Source: Mycobacteriales bacterium
GTDB taxonomy: Bacteria; Actinomycetota; Actinomycetes; Mycobacteriales; QHCD01
NCBI GenBank assembly: GCA_038253135.1
Contig: JBBSHJ010000002.1
Span: forward strand, 9,217-73,216
Length of the DNA: 64,000 nucleotides
Direction: 5' to 3'
Numbering within the stretch: position 1 is the first letter of the stretch; each line of letters starts with the position of its first letter. Positions 12,092 to 22,700 of this stretch are shown in pieces. A model generated the notes under the pieces. It worked only from the letters and a program-made list of their open reading frames with translations, did not search any database and was not told where the DNA came from. A program made the position numbers and the translations under genes.

Positions 12092-12292
12092 TCCGGGACC
12101 GGTTACTCGCTGTGATGCCCGGTAACGTTTTGAGATTGCTCTGGCCCGCCCGTAGCCGGGGCGGACAGTATCCGGCTAAGGTTCGTCCGTCTCCCCGCGT
12201 CGTTACAGGCGGTGTGGCTGATTTCGGGGATTAGCGACGAGAGCACGGTTTCGGGGACGTCGAGCGTGTCCGCACTCCCTGATGGAGTTTGC

Positions 12293-13291
12293 ATGTCCTT
12301 GCTCCGGCACCCGTCGCGGCGACCTTCAGCCCTGGCCGGCCTGGCCACGTTTCTCGGCCTTGCACTGGTTGCAATGACTCCTACAACCGCGTCAGCGACC
12401 GCCGAACCGAACTATTCGGTGAAGGTGTCGCCCTATTACGCGAACGGGTGGGGACATCCGCCCAGGCCGAGCGATCTGATGAGCGCCAGCGGTGTCCGGT
12501 GGTTCTCGATGGCATTCATCCTGGCCAACGGTGCGCACTGCACGCCACTGTGGGACGGCGACCGCGCGCTCAGTAATGCGTCCGACACGAGCCGTATCGC
12601 CGCGATCCGAGCGGGTGGCGGCAACGTGCTCGCGTCCTTCGGAGGAGCGACCGGGTGGAAACTCGGCCGTCAGTGCAAGACCGTCTCCGGGCTCGTCGCC
12701 GCCTACCAGAAGGTCATCAACACCTACCACCTCAAGGGAATCGACGTTGACATCGAGGCGGCAGAATTCCACGACCCGACCGCGGTGCAGCGTGAAATCA
12801 ACGCATTGCGCACCCTCAAGGCACGAAATCCGTCGCTGGTCATCTACATCACGTTCCCGAGCCTGAAGACGGGGCCGGACGCCTATGGTGTGGACCTGAT
12901 CAAGCGATCGTCACTGTCGCACCTGTGGATCAGCGCGTGGGTGATCATGCCCTTCGACATGGGCGGCAACCAAATGGGAAATGACACGATCAAGGCGACC
13001 AACGGCCTGAAGAATGTCATCCAGAATTGGTATGGGGTGACGAGCGACCAGGCCTATCGGGTCTCCGGGATCTCGACGATGAACGGCCGGACCGACAACG
13101 GCGAGACCGTCACGCAGGCGGACTTCCGAGCCATTGTCACCTACGCGAACGCGCATCACATCGGACGTCTCGCCTTCTGGTCGAGCAACCGCGACCGGCC
13201 GTGCACCGGCAGCAGCGTCCCGGATTCGTGCAGCCACGTCTCGCAGATCAACTGGGAATTCGACTGGATCGCGTCCGGCTTCCGCGGCTGA
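12293..13291 (+). CDS. secreted glycoside hydrolase family 18-like protein (chitinase-like)
   Basis: ATG 12293. Signal peptide MSLLRHPSRRPSALAGLATFLGLALVAMTPTTASA. GH18 catalytic-type motif GIDVDIEAAEF (DxDxE). Confidence 0.7.
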   Translation: MSLLRHPSRRPSALAGLATFLGLALVAMTPTTASATAEPNYSVKVSPYYANGWGHPPRPSDLMSASGVRWFSMAFILANGAHCTPLWDGDRALSNASDTSRIAAIRAGGGNVLASFGGATGWKLGRQCKTVSGLVAAYQKVINTYHLKGIDVDIEAAEFHDPTAVQREINALRTLKARNPSLVIYITFPSLKTGPDAYGVDLIKRSSLSHLWISAWVIMPFDMGGNQMGNDTIKATNGLKNVIQNWYGVTSDQAYRVSGISTMNGRTDNGETVTQADFRAIVTYANAHHIGRLAFWSSNRDRPCTGSSVPDSCSHVSQINWEFDWIASGFRG

Positions 13292-13494
13292 GACCTCCGG
13301 CCGCCCGCGTCTTCGTACCCGTTCGATCATGCCCGACTACGTCGATCCGGCAGAGGCCGCCGGTACGACGCCCGCGGGGCGCCGCGTTCCGGGCGGCGGG
13401 CACAGGCGATCTGTCACCTGCTCCCACCGGCCCCGGCAACCGTGGTGGACGTAGCGGCCGGGACGGAATCGTCGGCCCGTGCGATCATCGGTCG

Positions 13495-14910
13495 GTGGCC
13501 GATCGACTGAGCGCTCTGGACGCGTCCTTCCTGCATCTGGAGGAGCCGACGACCCCGATGCACGTCGGGAGCCTGGCCCTCTTCACGCCGCCGCGGGGCG
13601 GGCTCGATTTTGACGACTTCGTCGCCCACGTCGGCGCGCGGATCGGCCTCGTGCCGCGCTACCGGCAGCGAATCATCTCCGTGCCCGGCAACGTTGCGAA
13701 CCCGGTCTGGGCCGACGATCCGGATTTCGACCTGAGCTATCACCTGCGGCGCAGCGCCATCCCGCGCCCGGGCTCCGAGGAATCGTTGCTGGAGCTGGTC
13801 GCCCGGCTGATATCCCGGCCTCTGGATCGCAACCGGCCGTTGTGGGAGATGTACGTCGTCGACGGGCTGTCCGGCAACCGGCTGGCCGTAATCAGCAAGA
13901 CGCACCACGCGATGGTCGACGGCCTGGCGGCGGTCGACCTCGGCCAGGTCATGCTCGACCCGACCAGGACTCCGCCGCCGGTTCCCGAGCCCGCCCCGTG
14001 GGAGCCGGAGCCCACGCCCAGCCCGATCGAGCTGGTCCGCGACGCGCTCACCGACATCGCGCACCGCCCGTCCTCGGCGGTGGACGCGTTCCGCGGCGCC
14101 CTGATCGACGTGCAGACGACCGCCGACCGCGTGCTGAGCATGGTCGGTGGCCTGACGTCGGCCGTGGTGACCGCATCCCGGCCCGCGCCGGAGGGCCCGT
14201 TGAACGTCGAGATCGGCAGCAGCCGCCGCTACGCGATCGCCAGGACCACGCTCGCCGACCACAAGGCCGTCCGGGCCCGGCACGGCGGCACGGTCAACGA
14301 CGTCGTGCTCGCCACCGTCGCCGGCGGGCTCCGCTCCTTCCTGATGAGCAGGGGCGAGGACGTGCGGCCCGGAACGGCACTGCGGGCGCTGGTACCAGTT
14401 TCGGTGCGGGCCAGCAGCGAGCCGGCCGCCGGCGACGAGGCCGGCCCGGCGAGCGGGAACAAGATCCTGTGCTACCTGGTCGACCTTCCGGTCGGGGACG
14501 CGGATCCGATCGGGCGACTGGCCAAGGTCAGCGAGTCGACCCGCATGGTCAAGACATCGGGGCAGTCGGTCGGGGCCGACGCGTTGATCAGAATGGCCGG
14601 CTTTGCCCCGCCGACATTGCATGCGGTCGGTGCGCGCGCGGTGAATGCCTGGTCGCGACGGCTCTTCAACGTCATCGTCACGAATGTTCCCGGCCCGCAA
14701 TTCCCGCTGTACGCCGCGGGTGCGCGGCTGCGCGAGGTATTTCCGATCGTCCCGCTGGCCAAGGGTCAGGCGCTCGGCATCGGGTTGACCTCCTACAACG
14801 GCGGCGTCTATTACGGCCTGAACGCCGATCGTCACGCGATGGGCGATGTCGACGTCGCGGCCGGGATGCTCACCGACTCACTGGCCGAGCTGGTCGGGGC
14901 CTCACGATGA
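13495..14910 (+). CDS. wax ester synthase/diacylglycerol acyltransferase (WS/DGAT)
   Basis: GTG 13495. N-terminus LSALDASFLHLEEPTTPMHVG and active-site motif HHAMVDGLAA. Confidence 0.9.
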   Translation: MADRLSALDASFLHLEEPTTPMHVGSLALFTPPRGGLDFDDFVAHVGARIGLVPRYRQRIISVPGNVANPVWADDPDFDLSYHLRRSAIPRPGSEESLLELVARLISRPLDRNRPLWEMYVVDGLSGNRLAVISKTHHAMVDGLAAVDLGQVMLDPTRTPPPVPEPAPWEPEPTPSPIELVRDALTDIAHRPSSAVDAFRGALIDVQTTADRVLSMVGGLTSAVVTASRPAPEGPLNVEIGSSRRYAIARTTLADHKAVRARHGGTVNDVVLATVAGGLRSFLMSRGEDVRPGTALRALVPVSVRASSEPAAGDEAGPASGNKILCYLVDLPVGDADPIGRLAKVSESTRMVKTSGQSVGADALIRMAGFAPPTLHAVGARAVNAWSRRLFNVIVTNVPGPQFPLYAAGARLREVFPIVPLAKGQALGIGLTSYNGGVYYGLNADRHAMGDVDVAAGMLTDSLAELVGASR

Positions 14911-15407
14911 CGCGGGTCTTCGTGTCGGCGACCACCTCGCTGCTGGCCGAGCTGCTGCAGGAGAGCGCGCTCGAGGACGTGCCGCGCACCGCGTTCGCCG
15001 TCACCATCGGGCTACGGGAGTTCTTCGCCGAGGGGACCGAGGAGGAGCTTGAATACCAGGCCCTGCTCGCCGCCGCCCGCGGCTCGCTGCGGCTTCTCGA
15101 CGCCGATCAGCACGCTGCACGGCGACGCGTGGTCATCGTTGCCGACCTGCCCGACGCTGCCCTCAAGGAGGATCCCAGCGTCGATCGCGCGGTGGTGGCG
15201 GTCGCGTCTCGCGTCGCGTTGCGCGACGTCGCGGCCGTCTACATGGACGCACCTGGCGCGGAGGACGACGTACGCCGCGCCGCGGCTTTCGTGCTGGAAG
15301 CCGATATCGGCGGCGCCGACGCGCAGTTCGTCGTCGACAATGCCGAGGGTCACGAACTCGGCTGGTACGCCACGCAGGAGATCGGCCCGCTGCTGGAACT
15401 GCTGTAA
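14907..15407 (+). CDS. conserved hypothetical protein
   Basis: ATG 14907 overlaps the WS/DGAT stop (ATGA). 166 aa, acidic, no motif recognised. Confidence 0.55.
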   Translation: MTRVFVSATTSLLAELLQESALEDVPRTAFAVTIGLREFFAEGTEEELEYQALLAAARGSLRLLDADQHAARRRVVIVADLPDAALKEDPSVDRAVVAVASRVALRDVAAVYMDAPGAEDDVRRAAAFVLEADIGGADAQFVVDNAEGHELGWYATQEIGPLLELL

Positions 15408-15456
15408 GACCGCTCGCTCGCCGAACCCGGTCCGACGAAGTACCCGAGGAGGCTCC

Positions 15457-17085
15457 GTGGACGCCGTCACCGGCCCGCCGACACCGCGCAACGAGCCGGT
15501 GCTCGACTACGCACCGGGCTCACCGGAAGCCGCCGCCGTCGCGGCGGCACTCTCGCAGCTCGCCGGCAGGCGCACGGAGCTGACCATGACCATCGGCGGC
15601 GACCGGATGCTCGGCGCCGGGGAGCCGATCGACGTGGTGGCGCCGCACCGGCACGGCCACGTCGTCGGCACGATGGGCAACGCAACGGCGCCGGATGTAC
15701 GCCGCGCCGTGTCGGCTGCGGTTGAAGCGGCGCCGGCCTGGCGGGCGCTGGGCCCCGACGAGCGCGCGGCCGTAATGCTGCGTGCCGCCGACCTGCTCAC
15801 CGGTCCCTGGCGGGCGCGGATGAACGCCGCGACCATGCTCGGCCAGTCGAAATCCGTCTACCAGTCCGAGATCGACGCGGCCTGCGAATTGGCCGATTTC
15901 TTCCGCTTCAACGTGCATTTCGCCCGGAACATCATGGCCGAGCAGCCGCAGTCCACCGCCGGTACATGGAATCGCTTCGACCACCGACCGCTCGAGGGTT
16001 TTGTCCTCGCCATCACACCGTTCAACTTCACCTCGATCGCGGTCAACCTGCCGACGGCGCCGGCATTGATGGGTGTCCCCGTCGTCTGGAAGCCGTCGCC
16101 GACCCAGCAACTGGCCGCGCACGAGGCGATGCTGCTGCTCGAGGCCGCCGGCCTGCCGCCCGGAGTCATCAACCTGGTCACCGGCGACGGGAGCGCGGTC
16201 AGCGAGGTCGCCGTCCCCTCACCCGACCTCGCCGGCATTCATTTCACCGGGTCGACGGCGACCTTCCGGCGGCTGTGGTCGACGGTCGGCGCGTCGCTGG
16301 GTAATTACCGGAACTACCCGCGGCTCGTGGGGGAGACGGGCGGGAAGGACTTCGTCATCGCCCACCCGAGCGCGGATTCCGTGTCGCTCGCCGTCGCAAT
16401 GGTGCGGGGCGCCTTCGAGTATCAGGGGCAGAAGTGCTCGGCGGCCTCCCGGGCCTACCTGCCGCGCTCCTTGTGGGAGGGCGGGTTGCGGGACCTGCTC
16501 GTCTCCAGCACCGGTGCGTTGCGGTACGGGGACATTGCCGATTTCGGAAATTTCGGCGGGGCCGTGATCGATCGGCACGCATTCGCCAAGCACGCCGCCG
16601 CGCTGCGCCGATTTGCCGGCGATCCGGCCTGCGACGTCCTGGCCGGCGGGTCGGCCGACGACTCGGTCGGGTATTTCGTGCAGCCGACTGTGGTGACGTG
16701 CACCGATCCCGAGCACGAGATTTTCAGCACGGAGTATTTCGGCCCGATCCTCGGCGTCTACGTCTATGACGACGGCGATTTCGAGACGGTCGTGCGGCAG
16801 GCCGCCGGCGTGGCGCCGTACGCCCTCACGGGCGCGGTCTTCGCCCGCGACCGGAGTGCGATCGCCTGGGCGAGCGAGGAATTGCGTTACTCCGCGGGAA
16901 ACTTCTACGTCAACGACAAGCCCACCGGAGCGGTGGTCGGCCAGCAGCCGTTCGGTGGTGCGCGGGCGAGCGGCACCAACGACAAGGCCGGCTCGCCGCT
17001 GAACCTGCTGCGATGGGTCTCGCCGCGAACGATCAAGGAGACCTTCGTGCCGGCGACCAGGCACCGCTACCCCCACCAGGGATAG
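15457..17085 (+). CDS. pruA: L-glutamate gamma-semialdehyde (1-pyrroline-5-carboxylate) dehydrogenase
   Basis: GTG 15457 after GAGGAGG. Aldehyde dehydrogenase fold with ETGGKDF and QKCSAASR catalytic Cys region. N-terminus typical of PruA. Confidence 0.88.
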   Translation: MDAVTGPPTPRNEPVLDYAPGSPEAAAVAAALSQLAGRRTELTMTIGGDRMLGAGEPIDVVAPHRHGHVVGTMGNATAPDVRRAVSAAVEAAPAWRALGPDERAAVMLRAADLLTGPWRARMNAATMLGQSKSVYQSEIDAACELADFFRFNVHFARNIMAEQPQSTAGTWNRFDHRPLEGFVLAITPFNFTSIAVNLPTAPALMGVPVVWKPSPTQQLAAHEAMLLLEAAGLPPGVINLVTGDGSAVSEVAVPSPDLAGIHFTGSTATFRRLWSTVGASLGNYRNYPRLVGETGGKDFVIAHPSADSVSLAVAMVRGAFEYQGQKCSAASRAYLPRSLWEGGLRDLLVSSTGALRYGDIADFGNFGGAVIDRHAFAKHAAALRRFAGDPACDVLAGGSADDSVGYFVQPTVVTCTDPEHEIFSTEYFGPILGVYVYDDGDFETVVRQAAGVAPYALTGAVFARDRSAIAWASEELRYSAGNFYVNDKPTGAVVGQQPFGGARASGTNDKAGSPLNLLRWVSPRTIKETFVPATRHRYPHQG

Positions 17086-17095
17086 TGCGTGCGGA

Positions 17096-17674
17096 TCAGC
17101 GGGCGAGGCGCGCCTGAAGGCCGGTGCGGACGTCCGGCCATTCCGCGGCCAGGATGGAGAAATACGCGGTGTCGCGGACGGTCCCGTCCCAGGTGAGGTT
17201 CGTGGCCCGAAGGACGCCGTCGAAACGCGCGCCGAGCCGGGCGATCGCCGCGCGCGAGCGCTCGTTGCGCGCGTCGGTCTTGAGCGAGACCCGGACCACC
17301 TGCCAGGCCTCGAAGGCCTGGGTGAGAAGGAGCAGCTTCGCCTCGGCGTTGACCGGCGTCCGCTGCGCCGACCGGGAGTACCAGGTGTGCCCGATCTCGA
17401 CGGCATCCGGCGCGGCTCGGCCGGACCAGCGGACGAAATCATGCAAGCGGGTCGAACCGACGATGGTGTCATCGGAGATCCGGATCGCCGCGAACGCCTG
17501 CGCCTCCGGGCCCGTCAGCGCCTGCTGGATATAGACCAGCATCGACCCGGCATCGCCCGGCACCCAGGTGAGGTCGTAGCTGTCGCGCGATTCCGTCGCC
17601 GCGGCGAGGAGTCCCGGAAGGTGCGGCGGCCGGAGCGGCTCGAGCCGTACGTGGCGGCCGGCCAAGGTGGTCAT
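17096..17674 (-). CDS. GNAT family N-acetyltransferase
   Basis: ATG 17674. RimJ/RimL-like sequence (VEIGHTWYSRSAQRTPVNAEAKLLLLTQAFE). Confidence 0.8.
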   Translation of the reverse strand: MTTLAGRHVRLEPLRPPHLPGLLAAATESRDSYDLTWVPGDAGSMLVYIQQALTGPEAQAFAAIRISDDTIVGSTRLHDFVRWSGRAAPDAVEIGHTWYSRSAQRTPVNAEAKLLLLTQAFEAWQVVRVSLKTDARNERSRAAIARLGARFDGVLRATNLTWDGTVRDTAYFSILAAEWPDVRTGLQARLAR

Positions 17675-18342
17675 CGGATCGGCCTGTCGGTGTCGGCGGC
17701 GGGATCCCTGATCGCGGTCGGAGCCGGCTCGGCCGCGAGTCGCTCCAGCAGGTGAGCCCGCGCGCTCGCATCGCCCGGGCCGCGGCGCTCGGACAGCCGG
17801 GTGGCGATGCCCCGGCGTACACCGGCGGTCTTGTTGCCGCCGTACTTGAACTTCGCCCGCACGTCGAGCACGGCGAGCCGGATGCCGCGGATCCCGGGCA
17901 GCAGTCGCGGGTGGGTCGTGGGGTCGTCCATCGGCACGTGCGCCTGCAGGCCGGCCAGCTGGCGGCGCAGGATCTGCACCTTGCCGTCCGCGTCGTCGAC
18001 GACGGTGACCTCGCCGTGCAGTTGCACGGCGCCGTAATAGGTCGTCGGCACCCCGGTCCGGGCCGGAGCCGAGGGATCGGCGTTCCAGTCCGACGGGATG
18101 TAGCTCCAGTCGCCCGCAATGGACAGCGTCGCGGCGGCGCGCTCGGCCAGCGCGGCCCAGACCGGATTGGGTCGGGCCAGGTGCAACCAGACCTCGTCGC
18201 CGACCAGCGAGAACTGGGTCGGTACGACGACCGGATACGCGCGGTCCCGGCCGGTCGCGATGAGGTGCCCGAAACCTTGCGCCGTGACGAAATCCCGCCA
18301 CTCGCGCTCGTCGCGGGCGGCGTCCCAGGGATGCACCAGCAT
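17671..18342 (-). CDS. FMN-binding negative transcriptional regulator (PaiB family)
   Basis: ATG 18342. PaiB-like motifs (FGHLIATG, AKFKYGGNK). Its stop overlaps the GNAT start by 4 nt. Confidence 0.8.
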   Translation of the reverse strand: MLVHPWDAARDEREWRDFVTAQGFGHLIATGRDRAYPVVVPTQFSLVGDEVWLHLARPNPVWAALAERAAATLSIAGDWSYIPSDWNADPSAPARTGVPTTYYGAVQLHGEVTVVDDADGKVQILRRQLAGLQAHVPMDDPTTHPRLLPGIRGIRLAVLDVRAKFKYGGNKTAGVRRGIATRLSERRGPGDASARAHLLERLAAEPAPTAIRDPAADTDRPIR

Positions 18343-18358
18343 TCTGGTCCCTCCAAGC

Positions 18359-18422
18359 CTGAGGTGGCCTTTGGCTGAGGTGGCCATTGACTGACGTGGC
18401 CGTTGACTGACGTGGCGATTGA
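18359..18422. promoter_or_regulatory. four tandem 16-bp direct repeats (CTGASGTGGCNNTTGR) in the paiB / mocR divergent spacer; candidate operator array
   Basis: Units at 18359-74, 18375-90, 18391-406 and 18407-22 read directly from the sequence. An AT-rich stretch follows at 18427-18455. Confidence 0.5.
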
Positions 18423-18445
18423 CGTGTTCGTTACAGTACAAAACA

Positions 18446-19771
18446 ATGTACGTATCAGAACGATATCGGATCCACGGGAAGGATGCCCAGACAATCGCGC
18501 TGGGCATCGAGGAGCTGGTGCGGACGGGCGCACTGCCGGCCGGCGAGCCCCTGCCGACCGTGCGCGGCCTGGCGGGTGAGCTCGCCGTGAGCCCGACGAC
18601 GGTGGCCGCGGCGTACCGCACGCTGCGCGATCGCGGGCTCGTGCAGGGCGAGGGCCGGCGAGGAACCCGGGTCACCGGCGCGCGGTCCGATCGCGCCCGC
18701 ACGGCCCCCGCGGTCCCCGCCGGGATCCGTGATCTGTCCTCGGGTGCGCCGGACCCCGCGCTGTTGCCCCGGTACGGCCCGTTCCTGCGGCGACTCACGT
18801 CCGCGCCCCGGCTCTATGAACGCTCGAGCGTCCTGCCGGCCCTCGAGGAGGTGCTGCGCCTGGACATCGCCGCCGACTTCGGTCGCGCGGTCGCAGACCC
18901 GCTCGCGATCGTCAGCGGTGCCTTGGACGGCATCGAGCGCACGCTGCTCTCGGTCCTGCGACCCGGCGACCGCGTCGCCGTCGAGGATCCCGGTTACGCC
19001 AACCTGATCGACCTCGTCGCGGCGGCCGGCCTCCTCGCCGTACCGGTCATTATCGACGCCGACGGCATGACGCCGGAGTCCCTCCATCGCGCCGTGCGGG
19101 CCGGAGTGCGGGCCGTGGTGATCACCCCGCGCGCGCAGAACCCGACCGGCGCCTCGACCTCCGCCGGTCGCCGCCGGGACCTGCGGGCGCTGCTGCGCGA
19201 GCACCCCGGAGTTCTGGTGGTGGAGGACGACCACGCGGCGGGTATCGCCGGCGCCCCGCTGCACGCCGTCGGTCCGGGACTCGAACGCTGGGTCTACGTG
19301 CGCTCGCTGTCGAAGGCGCACGGGCCGGACCTGCGCGTCGCCGCGCTCCTCGGCGACCCGGAGACGGTCGCGCACGTCACCCGCCGGCACCGCCTCGGCG
19401 CGGGCTGGGTCCCGTTGCTGATGCAGGAGCTGGCGGCCGGTCTGCTGGCCGACCCGGCGGTGGCCGATCGGGTCCGGGCGGCGCAGGCGGCGTACGCCGC
19501 GCGCCGGGACGCGCTGCTGCGGGCGCTCGATGTTCGCGGCATCGCCGCGACCGGCCGGACCGGCCTCAACGTCTGGGTCCCGGTTGCGAACGAGAGCGCT
19601 GCCGTCACGGCGTTGCGCGATGCGGGGTGGGCGGTGGGCGCCGGCGAGCGGTTCCGGCTGCGGTCCGCGCCGGCCCTGCGGATCACGGTGGCGACGCTCG
19701 CTCCGGACGAGGCGCAGCGGGTCGCCGCCGCGGTGGACGCGGGGCAGCGCCAGGGGACGTACGCCGGCTGA
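18446..19771 (+). CDS. MocR/GabR-type regulator (GntR HTH fused to PLP-aminotransferase-like domain)
   Basis: N-terminal wHTH (LPTVRGLAGELAVSPTTVAAAYRTLRDRGLV) and a C-terminal fold-type I aminotransferase domain (YVRSLSKAHGPDLR). ATG 18446 chosen; TTG 18419 is possible. Confidence 0.85.
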   Translation: MYVSERYRIHGKDAQTIALGIEELVRTGALPAGEPLPTVRGLAGELAVSPTTVAAAYRTLRDRGLVQGEGRRGTRVTGARSDRARTAPAVPAGIRDLSSGAPDPALLPRYGPFLRRLTSAPRLYERSSVLPALEEVLRLDIAADFGRAVADPLAIVSGALDGIERTLLSVLRPGDRVAVEDPGYANLIDLVAAAGLLAVPVIIDADGMTPESLHRAVRAGVRAVVITPRAQNPTGASTSAGRRRDLRALLREHPGVLVVEDDHAAGIAGAPLHAVGPGLERWVYVRSLSKAHGPDLRVAALLGDPETVAHVTRRHRLGAGWVPLLMQELAAGLLADPAVADRVRAAQAAYAARRDALLRALDVRGIAATGRTGLNVWVPVANESAAVTALRDAGWAVGAGERFRLRSAPALRITVATLAPDEAQRVAAAVDAGQRQGTYAG

Positions 19772-22700
19772 CTAGTCCGCGGCCACCTGCACCGGTACGA
19801 CGTGCCGGCGGACCACCAGGACGCCGCGGCCCGGCACCGGGGAGGGGCGCCGGCGGGGCAGCCGCACGCCGAGCAGCTCACCGTCGGCCGGCACCGGCGC
19901 GAGCAACAACCCGGCGCCGGCCTGGCGCAGGGCCGCACCGAGCCCGCGATAGCTGCGGGCGATCCCTTCGCCGTGACCCGCCGCCACCACGAGGACGGCC
20001 CGCGCCTGCATGAGCCCGGTGATCCGCTCGCCGAGCGGGAGGTCCCCGATCAATTCGACGTCGTCGACGAGGATCGCGGCCGGACCGGTCGTGGCGGCCA
20101 GCGCGTCGTCCAGGCGGTCGATCGCGTCGCCGGCACCGGCCGGCACGGTGACGAGCGGGCTGCAGGCGCCGAGCGGCGAGCGGGGTGGTGCGATCACGAC
20201 CACCCGCACGCCCGCGCGGGCGAGCTCGGTGGCGAACCGGGACAGGGCGGTGGACCGGCCGCTGCCCGGCGGACCGGCGATCAGGAACCCCGGCCCGTCG
20301 CCGTCCAGGTCGACCGTGACCGGGTCGGCCGTGTCGCCGCCGAGCCCCAGCACGACCTGCAGCGGGCCGTCCCGGCGAGCGGCCGACAGCGTCCCGGCCG
20401 GAACGCGCTCGGGCAGCGGCACCAGGCGGATCGGGCCGCGGCCGGCGGCCGGCGGGGCCGAGGACTCGGCCAGCGCGCGGAGTGACGCGGCCTGGCTGTG
20501 GCCCGGCGCCGGCGCGAGGATCTGCACCTCGGTGGCCGACTCGGCGAGCAGGCCGCGGCCGGGCGGCAGGTCGATCGGGACCTGCCGGGGGCGGATCCCG
20601 AGCAGGCCGTAGTCGGATCGGTCCGGCAGGGCCAGCGCGATCCGGGTGCCCAGCGTGGTGGGCACCCGAGCGGTGAGCGCGGCGCGATCGCCGGCCACCG
20701 CGACGATGAGGCCGGCACCGGGGCCCTCGCGGATCAGTTTGTGCAGCGACTCGACGGCCGGGCCGGCGTCCAGGCCGTCGTACGCCGCCATGAACCCGTC
20801 CCAGCCATCGAGCAACAGCAGCTGGTACGGCAGGATCGCACCGGTCGCGCGGGCCGCCCGCTGCTCGGCCGGCGACCCGAAGCCGCCGGCCGCGAGCACG
20901 GCCTTGCGGCGGTCGAGCTCGTCGCCGAGCCGGGCGAGCAGGCGCTCGCCGCGGGCGGGGTCCTCGCGGTCGCAGTAGGCGCCGCAGTGCGGCAGGGCCG
21001 TGATCGGGCGGAGCCCGCCGCCGGCGCAGTCGAGCAGGTAGACGTGCAGGTCCTCCGGGCCGAGCCGTCCGGCCGCGGCGATCGCGAGGGTGCGCAGGGC
21101 CGTCGTCCGCCCGGTGCGCGCGGCCCCGGCGATCAGCAGCCCGGTGCCGGCCGCGAGGTCCACCTCGACGGTCGTACGCCGCTGCTCGGCCGGACGGTCG
21201 GCGAGCGCGAACGGCAGCCGCGTCGGCTCCGGCAGGTCACCGGCGGGCATCTCGGCGGCGGGCAGGTCGCGCTCGGTCACGACCCGGGGCAGCGGCGGGA
21301 GCCATGGGCGGCGCGCCCGCGCTGTCGTGCTCGCGCGGATGCGGTCGACCAGATCGGCGAGGTCGGTGCGCCCCGGATCACCGATCCCGGCGTCGGGATC
21401 GGCGCCGGCGCGATCCGGTGGCCAGGCCACCCGGCGTACGTCGACGGAGCGGGACGACCGGCGCCGCAGCGGCGCGCCGACATGGGCCGTTTGGAAGGCG
21501 ACGACGCCCTCGGCCCCGATCCTGGCCACCGCGCGGCCGGGCGTGGCCGCCGAGATCGCGGCGGCGTCGGGACCGTCGATGACGTCCGCGGACTCCGCGG
21601 CGTCGGTGACCCGCAGCGCGATCCGCAGGTTGGTGTTGGCCCGGATCAGCGGCGACACCACGCCTCCGGGACGTTGCGTGGCGAGAACGAGGTGGATGCC
21701 CAGCGACCGGCCGCGCATCGCGATGCCGACCAGCCCGTCCACGAAATCCGGCAGCTCGTCGGCGAGCGTCGCGAACTCGTCGACGACGAGGACGAGCCGG
21801 GGGGGCATCCGCGCTCCGTCCGCGCTGCGGGCCCAGAGGGCGTCGATGTCGGGTACGCCGGCATCGGCGAGGACGCGCTCACGGCGGCGCAGCTCGGCCG
21901 ACAGCGACACGATCGCGCGCTCGGTGAGATGGGGGTCGAGATCGGTCACCATCCCGGCGGTGTGCGGAAGCCGCGCGCAGTCCCGGAAAGCCGCGCCGCC
22001 CTTGTAGTCGATCAGCACGAAGGCCAACCGATCGGGTGCATTGGCGACGGCCAGCGAGGCGATCATGGTCTGCAGCAGCTCGGACTTGCCGGCTCCGGTG
22101 GTGCCGGCGATCAGGACGTGCGGGCCGTGCCGGGCGAGGTCGAGGACGAGCGGCCCGGCGGCCGACTCGCCGAGGACGAAACGCGCACTGGCTCCGGTCG
22201 CGACCGCGTCGCCCGGGAGCGCGCCGAGCAGGTCGAGCAGCCGTGAGCGCGCCGGCAGTCCCCCGCTCTCGTCCGCACCGAGATCGCGCAGCGGGGCGAG
22301 GCGGCGGGCGATCCGCTCCGCCGGTTCCGTCCCCAGCGCGTCGATCGTGACGCCCGCGATCGGGTCCGTGCCGGCGCGGTGCAGGAGCATCTCGCCGCCG
22401 GTCTCCCCCGCGACCACGGCGACCCCTCCGCACGCGGCCGGGAGCACGTTGACGCTGCGGCCCAGGCAGAGGGCGTGGATCCCCACCTCCGGCCCACGCC
22501 GCAGCAGCGTCGCGAAAGCCGGCTCGGCGAGCACCCGGCCCGAGGCGATGACGAGCGTCCGTGGCCCCGGCCACTGCGGGCCCGCCGGTCGGGCCCGCTC
22601 GCGCCCGTCGATGACCCGCAGCATCTCGCCGAGCAGCCGAGCCGATCCGGCGCCATCCCCGGCCACGGCGGGCTCGTCCGCGTCGAGGTGCGGCAGCCAG

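Noticed and set aside
12092-12292. Riboswitch (c-di-GMP or ydaO/c-di-AMP type) in the 200-nt leader of the GH18 gene
   Set aside because: Only short local hairpins are present (CCGCCC/GGGCGG, AGCCGG/CCGGCT). I could not match the conserved GEMM or ydaO core sequences by eye. An Infernal scan is needed before any claim.
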